From Macrostomum lignano (taxonomy: Eukaryota): DNA of 64,000 nt. Positions 35,701 to 46,900 of the stretch are shown piece after piece (position 1 is the first letter of the stretch; every line of letters begins with the position of its first letter). The stretch lies in assembly GCA_002269645.1 (NCBI GenBank), contig NIVC01000173.1, positions 186,001 to 250,000 on the forward strand, read 5' to 3'. The position numbers and the translations under genes were made by a program. The notes below the pieces were generated by a model, which made no database searches, was not told where the DNA came from, and saw only the letters and a program-made list of their open reading frames with translations.

Positions 35701-35897
35701 CACTAACTAACCTCAATCAAGCGAGGAACAAAGACTTGCGGATACAGCAGTGATGAGGACTCGGCAATCTGAAAATTGAATAATTCTTAATGCTAAATAG
35801 GATTTACTGTGGTAATCAAAATTTATTATTAACTTGAAGCACTTACTGTTGCCAGCAGCAGAGCAATAATAACCAGCCATCTCTCTCTTGCTTCCAT
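27883..35897 (-). CDS. Major facilitator superfamily transporter (ZIFL/MFSD10/TETRAN-like), 7 exons, 614 aa
   Basis: Exons 35897-35847, 35768-35712, 33729-33439, 32648-32403, 31430-30648, 29047-28803 and 28054-27883 total 1,845 nt with GT-AG borders and no stops. Features: [11 protein letters not shown], the MFS motif-A-like [25 protein letters not shown], a long central loop, [14 protein letters not shown] and a C-terminal LP. Confidence 0.88.
28142..28730 (+). repeat. (CAGA)n microsatellite, MFS intron 6
   Basis: Directly visible. Confidence 0.97.
29310..29860 (-). repeat. (TGTC)n microsatellite/minisatellite, MFS intron 5 (inverse orientation to 28142-28730)
   Basis: Directly visible. 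Confidence 0.95.
31490..32340. repeat. 23-bp minisatellite (ATTTCTCAAGGTAATTAGGGGCG), MFS intron 4
   Basis: Period 23 (e.g. 32048, 32071, 32094). A degenerate version lies at 30310-30540. Confidence 0.93.
33830..35700. repeat. 22/24-bp minisatellite (GGGAAGTGAGCACAC[AC]TAATCAT), MFS intron 2
   Basis: About 80 near-identical units with no spacers. Confidence 0.98.
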
Positions 35898-36410
35898 AAT
35901 TCTGTTTTTCCGTTTTAGCCTAATACACAGGGTAGATTATAGTTTTGCTTTAATTGCACAAACAAAATTCTTAGATGCCAAAACTTAATGCTTGCCGCCA
36001 ATTGGCCTGGTCATTTGTGGGACTGCAAAAAAGCATTTAACTAGAATTAAAAAGCAGTTCATTGATTGAAATCTGAGATTTTGCATTGATAAATACAGAG
36101 ACAGCCCTAAGGCTATGCTTAAGCATATGGAAATCAGTAAAGCAGCTAAAGCTAATATATATATATATATACCAACAGCATACAGACTTCAAAGTGTGCA
36201 GTTAAAACTGAACACTTATAGCAAAGATCATCTTTGACTATTAGAAACTATTCCAAAATAACAATTGACAGAACTAATTATTATTTTATTTAATGCCTAC
36301 TCAATATATTTGATGATGGTGGCTCTATATTAAAAAACCTAACTAAAGACAAAAATAGAGTGGATATGGTTATAGAAAATCTAGTTCCTATATAATTGAA
36401 GTTAGAAAAC

Positions 36411-36461
<51 letters not shown>

Positions 36462-36480
36462 TTAATAATAATAATAATAA

Positions 36481-36767
36481 TTGATTACACCTGCCCAATT
36501 GGGCCAGATGTGCAACCGACAGTCAGCCGCAGCTATTGCGCGGCGCATCTGAAGGCTGCGTACGGCTGTTCAGTCCAAGGACTGGGGGGGGGGGGAGTCG
36601 CCAAACACCCTCAATTACCCCAGCTAATGCTGGCACCCATTTTACAGCTGGGTAAACTGAAGCAATGCAGAGTTAATTGTCTTGCTCAAGGACACAAATT
36701 GTTCCTAGTGGGGCCCTTGACCTTTTAGTTGTGAGTCTGATGCTCTAACCACTAGGCTACAACCCCC
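36481..36767 (-). mobile_element. tRNA-derived SINE, copy 1 (B box deleted), (TTA)n tail
   Basis: Near-identical to 43613-43905. A TAA-repeat tract abuts its 3' end at 36413-36480. Confidence 0.88.
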
Positions 36768-36805
36768 TGTTATAAACTTAACTTGAAGATATACAACTTA
36801 GTATA

Positions 36806-37591
36806 GGCTCATTCCATATAAGATGGACATATTTGGAAAATAGAAAAAAGTCAATATTTTTGCTTGCCATTGCCTAATTAGCCTATTTTTTTACCAAATG
36901 TTTATATTGTGCAATATATACAATCTAAGAATAAAGGAATGGTAAAATGTTGGATTAGTATGTTATCAATTGGCAAAAAGTCATTTTTGTAAAAATTTAG
37001 ACATTTTTCGAAGCAAAAGACATCATTAAGATTTTGTACCTTTTAAAAACAAATAGAAAGCTTTTGAAGGTTGAAACAAACTATAGATAAAAGTATAGTA
37101 CTTGCATCATCAGATAAAAGCATTGGTGACCAAATAATCTATTATATTTTTAATGTATTAGTACCTCAAAGTTACTGAATTGACAGAAAAAAATATGTTA
37201 CGACCATAATGTTACGACCATAAGGCTGCCTTTTCTTTTGTATCTTTGTTGCCTTTTGAGTTTATATATTCTAATAAAAGAGTATGATTTCTAAATATGT
37301 TCTTAGTCAAATTTTAAAAATGTATTGCAAAATATCAAAAATGAAAAATGTTATAAGACTTTTACCTTTTAGTTTCTATATGTCAAAAATCCTGTTGTTA
37401 CGACCATAAGTGTCATTTAAGGTTTAATAGCATCTATACTAATGATGATATCTATATGAAACTCTATAAATATATTCTAGACAAAATAATCTTTCATTTA
37501 AAATATTGGTTTAGTATATTCTATTATTAGATTTCATTTTATAAGTAAAAATAACCTGTCATGTTACGACCATGCTTATATGGAATGAGCC
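36806..37591. mobile_element. Non-autonomous DNA transposon (MITE), 17-bp TIRs, TA/TATA target duplication
   Basis: GGCTCATTCCATATAAG at 36806 and its reverse complement ending at 37591, with TATA on both sides. Internal GTTACGACCAT repeats. Confidence 0.72.
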
Positions 37592-37654
37592 TATAGCTAT
37601 AGAAGGCAAGCTGTTTATAGTAAATTATATTAGTAAGACTTAGCTGGTATACAT

Positions 37655-37810
37655 GCACAACCTTGGGAATCACTTGGCCATTTCTATTGGCAACATACAC
37701 ATATAAGTCACTATTGGCTAAGAGTAGTCACGTGACTACTATTCTATCCAATAGCAACTTACATGTGTGTGTTGCCAATAGAAATGGCCAGGTGAATCCC
37801 TAGGTTGCGC
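37655..37810. mobile_element. ~155-bp near-perfect palindrome (foldback MITE) centred on AGTAGTCACGTGACTACT
   Basis: Arm CAACCTTGGGAATCACTTGGCCATTTCTATTGGCAACA.. is mirrored at 37755-37810. Confidence 0.7.
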
Positions 37811-40800
37811 CAAAGCATGTTAGCTATAGTAATAATCTAAGCCTACTGTGGCTATACATACCATATGATGTTCATAGGGTTTGACTATATTGAAGATACT
37901 GCCAACTGAGGATGGCAGTTGCTTAGAAGCTTAAGTCAAGCCAAGCTCTTATACTGAGTTACTAGTCACTATATATAGCAACTAGTTTGCCACTAGTTTT
38001 TTTAGCTAACTTACCAACATGCATAGCACACCCATAGAGATTCTATTGCAACAGTTTCAACCAATGAAAGGGCTTGGATAATGCCCAATATTACATAGAT
38101 ATAAAAATACAATGTCTTTAAGACCAAGGTAGCTTGAAAGCAGAAGAATCTCTATTGTGAGAACTTAGATAAGTTCTCTATCTCACCTAAGCCTGAACAG
38201 AGATTAAAGCTCAGTGAGAATTGGAAGACACAAATTAGTTAGAGACAGATTGCTAAAAAGAAGCTGCAGAGAGCCCTATTATTTTAGGTGAGATACAGAA
38301 TCTTTTTTTAATTAGAAGCTAGGGAAATTTGCTAGAATAGAAAGAAAGTGTCAGCAACCCTATTAAATTACTTCAAGTAGTTTTAATCTCAGGATCTAAT
38401 TAGCTCAGAAGCAGAGTCTTCAAATAAGAGATGTTCTAGATAAAGTTTAGACTTAAACTCCAAATCTCACCTCATTATCTTGCCCTTTGAAGCCATTAAA
38501 TGCTATCTATAATTAGCTAAATAAGCAATTATCAATTTTCTATAGCTTCCCCATACATTTTAAGCCTAAGACTGACTTATAGGCATTGTTGCAAAGGTTT
38601 CGGCTTTTCTGGCTATAATGGATTGATTTTGATCAATAAACAAGCTGTTGAAACCCACAGATTTTCAATTTGCTGAATTTCAAGCCTTAAAACTATTTTT
38701 GCATTACATTCTTAAATTTAAAGTCATTCTCATCATTCCTAGGACAAAAAATGGCTCTTTTCTAAATTTCTAATAGCCCATCAATGTCAGAAAATCTCTG
38801 TGACACATTTAGGTAAACTAAGCCTTGAGCTTCAGTATAGAAGTTACAATTGTACAGAATGCAGCAATTAATGAAAGCCTATCTTTAGGACTGATCTTCA
38901 GTTGGTTGTTACCAATTTGCAAGAGATTGGTAAGAAATGGATAAGTCATTTTATTCATATAAAATACAACCTTCATGTTTGTTTACAAGTGTAGCTTTTC
39001 AACTAATGGCCATATGCAAACATTTGAGGCAAGCATTGATCTTATCAGCTAGGGTGCCACATGGAATGACAAGGCAACATGTTAAAAGAATACATAGGCA
39101 AACTCTGCCTTTGACTTTCTCTCTGTCCTTGAAAAAAAACTTTTTTCTTTTTTTTCTTTTTGTCTCTAACTCTTTCTATTCTTTCTTATTTTTTCTCTAA
39201 TCTTTACTCTCACTCCTCTCTTTACTCTTATCTTTTTTTCTTTTCTCTTATTTTATCTTTTTTGTCTTCTATTTTCTATCTTCTCAGTCTGCTTTCTTTT
39301 TTCTTTGTTCTCCTCTTTTATATTTTTTCTCCTCTCTCATCTTTCTTTGCTACTATTTTCTTTTTTCATCTCCTTTTCTTTCTAATCTCTTACCTCTCAC
39401 CTTTCTCACTCTCTCTCTCTTTCTTTTTTTTCTATTCTATTCTTTTTTATTTCTTTTCTTTTTAGCCTATAGCCATGACATGAGCTAGATTCTCTTTTGG
39501 GCCTTTGAGATAAAAATCTATAATCTAAGTCTAAAGTCTCTAGATTGCAACAGAGGTAACATCACAAATTGAGCCAATTGTTTTGGATTAATAGATAAAA
39601 GCCACAAAATGTATATTGTATAACAAAGATGTATAAAATGTAAAGTACAAAACATTTTGTAATATTTTATTTGTTTTTATTTATTTTTATAAGAAAGAGG
39701 TTTTTACTTTGGCAAAAAGGAGTTATCAAATAAAATAGAAAAAATTGGTCTAGAACTTTTAAAATGAAATCTTATTAGACTCCTAACTTTAAATTAGTAA
39801 CTTGTGCTATACTATTATACATATAACTTCACTCATCATATAGTATAAATAGAGCCTACTATAGTTGGTTAGGCCCTAATTACTATATATATTTTAATAA
39901 ACTTTATATTAGATTATCATTTTTCTAGCTTCTTAGTATATCAATTAATCAATTTGCCAAGAAGCCATATAATATAATATCTAGGCTACTAGTTGATAAA
40001 ATGCTAATTGACAAAGTGCTAGTTCTAATTGTAACTTAGACCCTTGGCCTTGCTTAAAAGAGAAGAACTTCAAGAAGGCTTAAATAAGAGTGAAAATTGC
40101 ACCAAAAGGCAAAATACATTAAGCCTGGTCACTAGCTTTTTAAGCATAACAAGTATAATAAATTATCTGTTTGCTACCCAATGGGGGACAGGGGTATAGA
40201 TTGATAGTCATATTATTTAATTTAAATGAAAGCACATGTCACATCATCATCACCTTCATTGGCACATAATGCCACATATGATGTGCTTTCATTTAAATTT
40301 ATTAAAAGATTATAATCCATGGACCATGCATGCATGATAAATACATGCCAATATAACCTCATAAAACCCTACAATACAAGCGTATAGTGCATTCAGCTTA
40401 ATTTGTAAGAGTAAAGAAGACTATGTATGTGTATGTGCCAAGGAGGGCCGTCAAGGCTTTATTTGAGAGTCGAAAGCGAAGTCTTAGACCTACCTACACG
40501 TGTTGCGTCATTATTTTGATTATAAATCGTAAGATATATATAAAAAGGTGAGATTGAATATTTTTTGTCGATCTATTTATACCTTGAGTTGATCTGAATG
40601 ATCAGACTCCACTCCGCTCAAGTCGTCCTTGCTGTTACCCTAACGGAGCACCCGCATATGTTGAGCGGAGTACGACTCTTCTTAAGTCGTCCTTGGGTAA
40701 CAGTTGTACAAGGCTCTTTTCTTTGAAAGTTTGCATTAAAAAAGTTAAATGTAAGTATTTTTGCTCGTCTTGCAAAAAAATCTTGCTTTAAAAACGTTTA

Positions 40801-40972
40801 AATAATTTTTCCACTATTCTAATTCGAACTTTATAAAGCTAATCGTTTCGTTTTGTTATAGCTTTAAAAAGCGATAAAGCAAAATTTACAATTTTAAGTT
40901 TCGTGCTCTTGACATGGATCATGCGATGTTGTCTCTATGCGCAAAAAGAAAGCTCCATTGATTTAGGAAATA

Positions 40973-43900
40973 ATGACAGGAAATTCTGGTATGGAGCATC
41001 TCATTTTTGTCATTAACCAACTTCAGGATGCATGCGCATCATCTGGAACGTCTATTCGAATTGATCTACCTCAGATTGCCGTCGTTGGCAGTCAGAGTGC
41101 AGGAAAAAGTAGCGTTCTAGAAAACTTTGTGGGCAGGTATGTTTCGATTTCTTCAGAAAGCATTTTTCATGTGCATGTAAATCCTAAGTTTCAGCTGACA
41201 CAAAGCCACGATGAATACTGCATTTTATTTTTTGTCGTATTTTCATTACATATTGTTTATTAATACACTGTATATTTTAATTAAATTAAAAACAGAGACT
41301 TTTTGCCGCGAGGGTCTGGAATCGTCACAAGGCGACCTTTAATTTTGCAGCTGATGAATTATCAAACCGGTAAGCGACGATTATTTAAATAATTTCTGCT
41401 GCAATACAGCAATCAATTTAAAACGATTTAAAACACTTCATCACCAGAATACGCCGAGTTCGGCCACATTCGCGGTAAAAAAATTGTGAACTTCGACGAA
41501 GTCCGTCGCGAAATCGAAGTTGAGACAGACCGTCTCACAGGGCAGAACAAGGGCATCTCAAATGTGCCTATCACTCTCCGAGTTTACAGTCCTCAAGTTC
41601 TCAACCTGACACTGGTTGACCTGCCCGGCATGACCAAAGTGGCAGTTGGCGACCAGCCTCCGGATATTGAGCAGCAAGTTCGAGCCATGATTTGGGAATT
41701 CATTTCCAAGGATAATTGCCTTATTCTGGCTGTCTCGCCGGCCAATTCAGACTTGGCGAATAGCGACGCATTGAAACTGGCGAAAGAGGCAAGCTTAATA
41801 AATAAAACTAATTGTGCTTCATCTAAATTTAGCTAGCGGTATTACAGCATTTTTTTCCTCAAACTCTGTTTTATCGTTTGTCTTTCATAAATCTTGAATC
41901 AGTCTTTATCCCAAACACACACGTTTCCCCTGTCATGACTCCCCCTTTGACACGGTACTCATTTTATTTGCTAATTCTTGCACCTAGTGAAACCCAATGC
42001 ACAGCTAGTTCCATCGAATTCATTCTATACTTTCTTTCTTCATAATTTAAACAATCCAATAAACCTGTAATATTTGCTCCATTCTTAGAATCGTATATCC
42101 TCCAATCATATTCCTAGAATGCTATCCTCCCACCAATATTCATTCTTATAATCTCATTCTCAACTCCCAAAATGTTTTTAGACTCGAATCCTCACACTTA
42201 GGATCCCATTCTCCCAATGTATTCTTAGAATCCCATTCTCCAACGTATTCTTAGAATCCCATTCCCACCATATTCTTAGAATCCCATTCCCACCATATTC
42301 TTAGAATTCCAACCCCACTGTCCCACCCAGGCTGATCCCAGCGGCTCTCGCACAATCGGGGTTCTCACCAAACTCGACCTCATGGACGCCGGTACAGACG
42401 CTCGCGATGTACTAGAGAATCGGTTCCTGCCTCTTCGTCGAGGCTACGTCGGCGTCGTTAACCGGTCGCAGAAAGACATCGACGGTCGGAAGGACATCAG
42501 CTCGGCGATGGCGGCGGAGAGGAAATTCTTTCTCGGCCATCCGGCCTACCGGCACATGGCCGAGAGGATGGGCACTGCTCACCTGCAGAGGTGCCTCAAT
42601 CAGCAGCTAGTCGGGCACATCCGGGATACCCTGCCAACGCTGCGGGCCGCCCTGCAGAGTCGCCTCACCGAGCTGGAGGCCGAGCATCGCGCCTTTGGCG
42701 GTCTTGATCCGGACGATCCCAACGCTAAGGCGAAAATTATGGCAACGTAAGACTTTTAAATTTCACCTCTTTCCCATATCCCAGATTTAAAATCCCTACA
42801 CCCTATTCCTCTTTCCCGTATCCCAGATTTAGAATCCCTACACCCTACTCCTCTTTTCCCATATCCCAGATTTAGAATCCCTACACCCTACTCCTCTTTT
42901 CCTATATCCCAGATTTGGAATTCCTACACCCTATTCCTCTTTTCCCATATCCCAGATTTAGAATCCCTACACCCTACTCCTCTTTTCCCATATCCCAGAT
43001 TTAGAATCCCTACACCCTACTCCTCTTTTCCTATATCCCAGATTTAGAATCCCTACACCCTACTCCTGTTTTCCCATATCCCAGATTTAGAATCCCTACA
43101 CCCTATTCCTCTTTCCCATATCCCAGATTTAGAATCCATACACACTACTCCTCTTTTCCCATATCCCAGATTTAGAATCCCTACACCCTACTCCTCTTTC
43201 CCATATCCCAGATTTAGAATCCCTACACCCTATTCCTCTCTTCCCATATCCCAGATTTAGAATCCCTACACCCTATTCCTCTCTTCCCGTATCCCAGATT
43301 TAGAATCCCTACACCCTATTCCTCTTTTCCCGTGTCCCCAACATTTAGAATTTCAGTGGGTTAGTAACCGCAGAAATTATTAAAGATACATTAATAAGGA
43401 ATAAATTCTCACCCAGCACCTCACTCTTTGCGCTGCAGTTTAATCAACCAGTTCATTGAGAATTTCACCAAAGCAATCGAAGGCTTCGGCGAAGTCAGCA
43501 CCAAGGAATTGTCGGGCGGTGCAAAAATTAACAAAATCATTCACGACCGATACATGTACATGCTGCATAAGGTGACTGAATTGGTTTCTTATTAAATTTT
43601 TTTATTTTTTTATTGATTACACCTGCCCAATTGGGCCAGATGTGCAACCGACAGTCAGCCGCAGCTATTGCGCGGCGCATCTGAAGGCTGCGTACGGCTG
43701 TTCAGTCCAAGGACTGGGGGGGGAGTCGCCTAACACCCTCAATTACCCCAGCTAATGCTGGCACCCATTTTACAGCTGGGTGAACTGAAGCAATGCAGAG
43801 TTAATTGTCTTGCTCAAGGACACAAATTGTTCCAGTGGGATCGGGAATCGAACCCCCGACATTTCAGTTGTGAGTCAGACGCTCCAACCACTAGGCTACA

Positions 43901-46900
43901 ACCCCTTTCTTGTTACAATACGCTTGCATGATGTTGCATGTGCAGATGAAGCCATTTAAAACCAAACTCTCTACGCACCAAACTGAGCTGATTTTTGGGT
44001 GGCCAATTCGAACACTAGGTTCTGGCGCCAATTCAAACACTAGGTTCTGGCGCCAATTCAAAACCAGATTCTAGCGCTAATTTGATACCAGATTCTGGCG
44101 CCAATTTGAAACCAGATTCTGGCGCCAATTTAAATGCAGCTTCTGGCGCTAATTGAAGACTAGAATAACATAGATAGATAGACTTAGATAGAGACAGACA
44201 AACCATTTTTTGTATTATTAGTGGATTTTTGCGCCAGATTCTGTCCAAATCCAGATTTTGGCGCCAAACCAAGACCAGGTTCCTAGCGTTAACCAAACAC
44301 TAAGCATTTTTTGTTGTTCTACAGATCTCTCGCAACTTCTATGTTTGTATATATCTATGCATTGACTCATTTTTTCATTTCAGTCTTCAAGATATATCGG
44401 CGAAAAGCACTATGTAAGTTGGGGTACATGTGTATATTGCATTTCAGTGACATTCATGCGCAGTTTATTAAACTGTAGCCTCACTTGTAACAGATGGGTA
44501 TACTGCAGCATTACATTATATGTAACAGTTTCACTATGAATGTGCCATACTCACTTTATTTTTTTTCAGACTGAATCGGACGAACACGAACTTAGACGGG
44601 AGATTAAATTTGCAATTAGAAATATTCACGGCATTCGGTGAGGTGCACTGTCAATTGCCATTTTATTGCAGCCTGTCTCTATCTTTGATATGACAAATTT
44701 TAAACAGAGATAATTACTATAAATGGTTTTGTCAGCTATTTTAACTGCGATACCCCCAGGCATGTGATCCGCCACCAGATGCAATCAGAATTTTATTATT
44801 TGGCTGAACCTAGCCAAGACCTTTATTTTCGACCAAAAATTACAAATCGTTTTCTTTACCAAATTAGCTGAACAACTCAGTGTCATCACTCCCCTCCTTA
44901 TCTAACAATTTTGCACATTTAACCGAATTAAATAGAGCTCAACGCGCCACCAAGTAACCTGACTCTTATCTCCCACCCCACACCCTAACCACCACCCCAA
45001 ACCCTAACCCACCACCCCAAACCCTAACCCACCACCCCAAACCCTAACCACCACCCCAAACCCTAACCAACCTCCCCAAACCCTAACCCACCACCCCAAA
45101 CCCTAACCCACCACCCCAAACCCTAACCCAACACACCAAACCCTAATCCACCACCCAAACCCTAACCCACCACAACCAAACCCTAACCCAACACACCAAA
45201 CCCTAACCCACCACCCCAAACCCTAACCCACCACCCCAAACCCTAACCCACCACCCCAAACCCTAACCCACCACACCACACCAAACCCTAACCCACATCC
45301 CCAAACCCTAACCCAACACACCAAACCCTAACCCACTACCCCAAACCTAACCCACCACCCCAAACCCTAACCCACTACCCCAAACCCTAACCCACCACCC
45401 CAAACTCTAATCCACCACACCAAACCCTAACCCACCACACCAACCCACAACCCTAAACTTTAACACACAACCCAAACCCTATCCACCACCCCAGAACGGG
45501 TTTATTCACGCCTGACTTGGCATTTGAAACGGTGGTTCGCCAACAAATTGGCCGCCTAAAAGAGCCAACGCTGCGCTGCGTAGAGCTGGTGACAGCAGAG
45601 CTGGGCTCAGTGGTGCACAAATGCGCCCACGAGATGCGCAGCTACCCTCGCCTCCGGGAGACAGTCGAAGGCATCGTCAGCGCTAGGATTCGCGAAAGAG
45701 AAGTGGAAGCTAAGTCTCAGCTGATGCTGACTATGGACATCCAGCTGGGGTATATCAATACTAATCACGAGGACTTTATCGGATTCGTTAAGTAAGGATT
45801 AAGGGTTTAGCCTGAGTAATCTACCTGTAATCTACTCCTAATCTACCTGTAATCCACTGACAATCTTCCTGTATTCTACTCGTAATCTACCTGTAATCTA
45901 CTGACAATCTACCTGTAATCTACTTACAATCTACCTGTAATCTACTTACAATCTACCTGTAATCCACTGACAATCTACCTGTAATCTACTGACAATCTAC
46001 CTGTAATCTACTGACAATCTACCTGTAATCTACTTACAATCTACCTGTAATCTACTCATAATCTACCTGTAATCTACTGACAATCTACCTGTAATCTACT
46101 GACAATCTACCTGTAATCTACTGAAATCTACCTGTAATCTACTGACAATATACTAGTAATCTACTGACAATCTACCTGTAGTCTACTGACAATCTACCTG
46201 TAATCTACCTGCAATCTATTTACAATCTACCTGCAATCTACTCATAATCTACCTGTAATCTACTGACAATCTACCAGCAATCTACTGAAAATCTACTCGT
46301 AATCTACCTGCAATCTACTTACAATCTACCTGCAATTTACTCATAATCTACCTTTAATCTACTGACAATCTACCTGTAATCCACTGACAATCTACCTGTA
46401 ATCTACTGACAATCTACCTGTAATCTACTGACAATGTACCTGTAATCTACTGACAATCTACTAGCAATCTACTTACAATTTACCTGTAATCTACTCATAA
46501 TCTACCTGTAATCTACTTACAATCTACCTGTAATCTACTCATAATCTACCTGTAATATACTTACAATCTACCTGTAATCTACTCATAATCTACCTGTAAT
46601 CTACTTACAATCTACCTGTAATCTACTGACAATCTACCTGTAATCTACGTACAATCTACCTGTAATCTACTCGTAATCTACCTGTAATCTACTGACAATC
46701 TACTAGCAATCTACTTACAATCTACCTGTAATCTACTCACAATCTACCTGTAATCTACTTACAATCTACCTGTAATCTACTTACAATCTACCTGTAATCT
46801 ACTTGCATACGGGCCTCAAACTATAACTAATCATCTCTAAATTTAATTTACAAATATTTCAGCGCCCAAAAATCGACCGAAAGACGCACGAAGGAGCGAG

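Noticed and set aside
43830-43905. tRNA gene on the minus strand
   Set aside because: It is the head of a SINE: it continues into a conserved SINE body and tail that is repeated at 36481-36767.
44980-45490. Chromosome end or telomere fusion
   Set aside because: The CCCTAA is embedded in a 20-bp unit, is not a pure hexamer array, and lies inside an intact dynamin intron.
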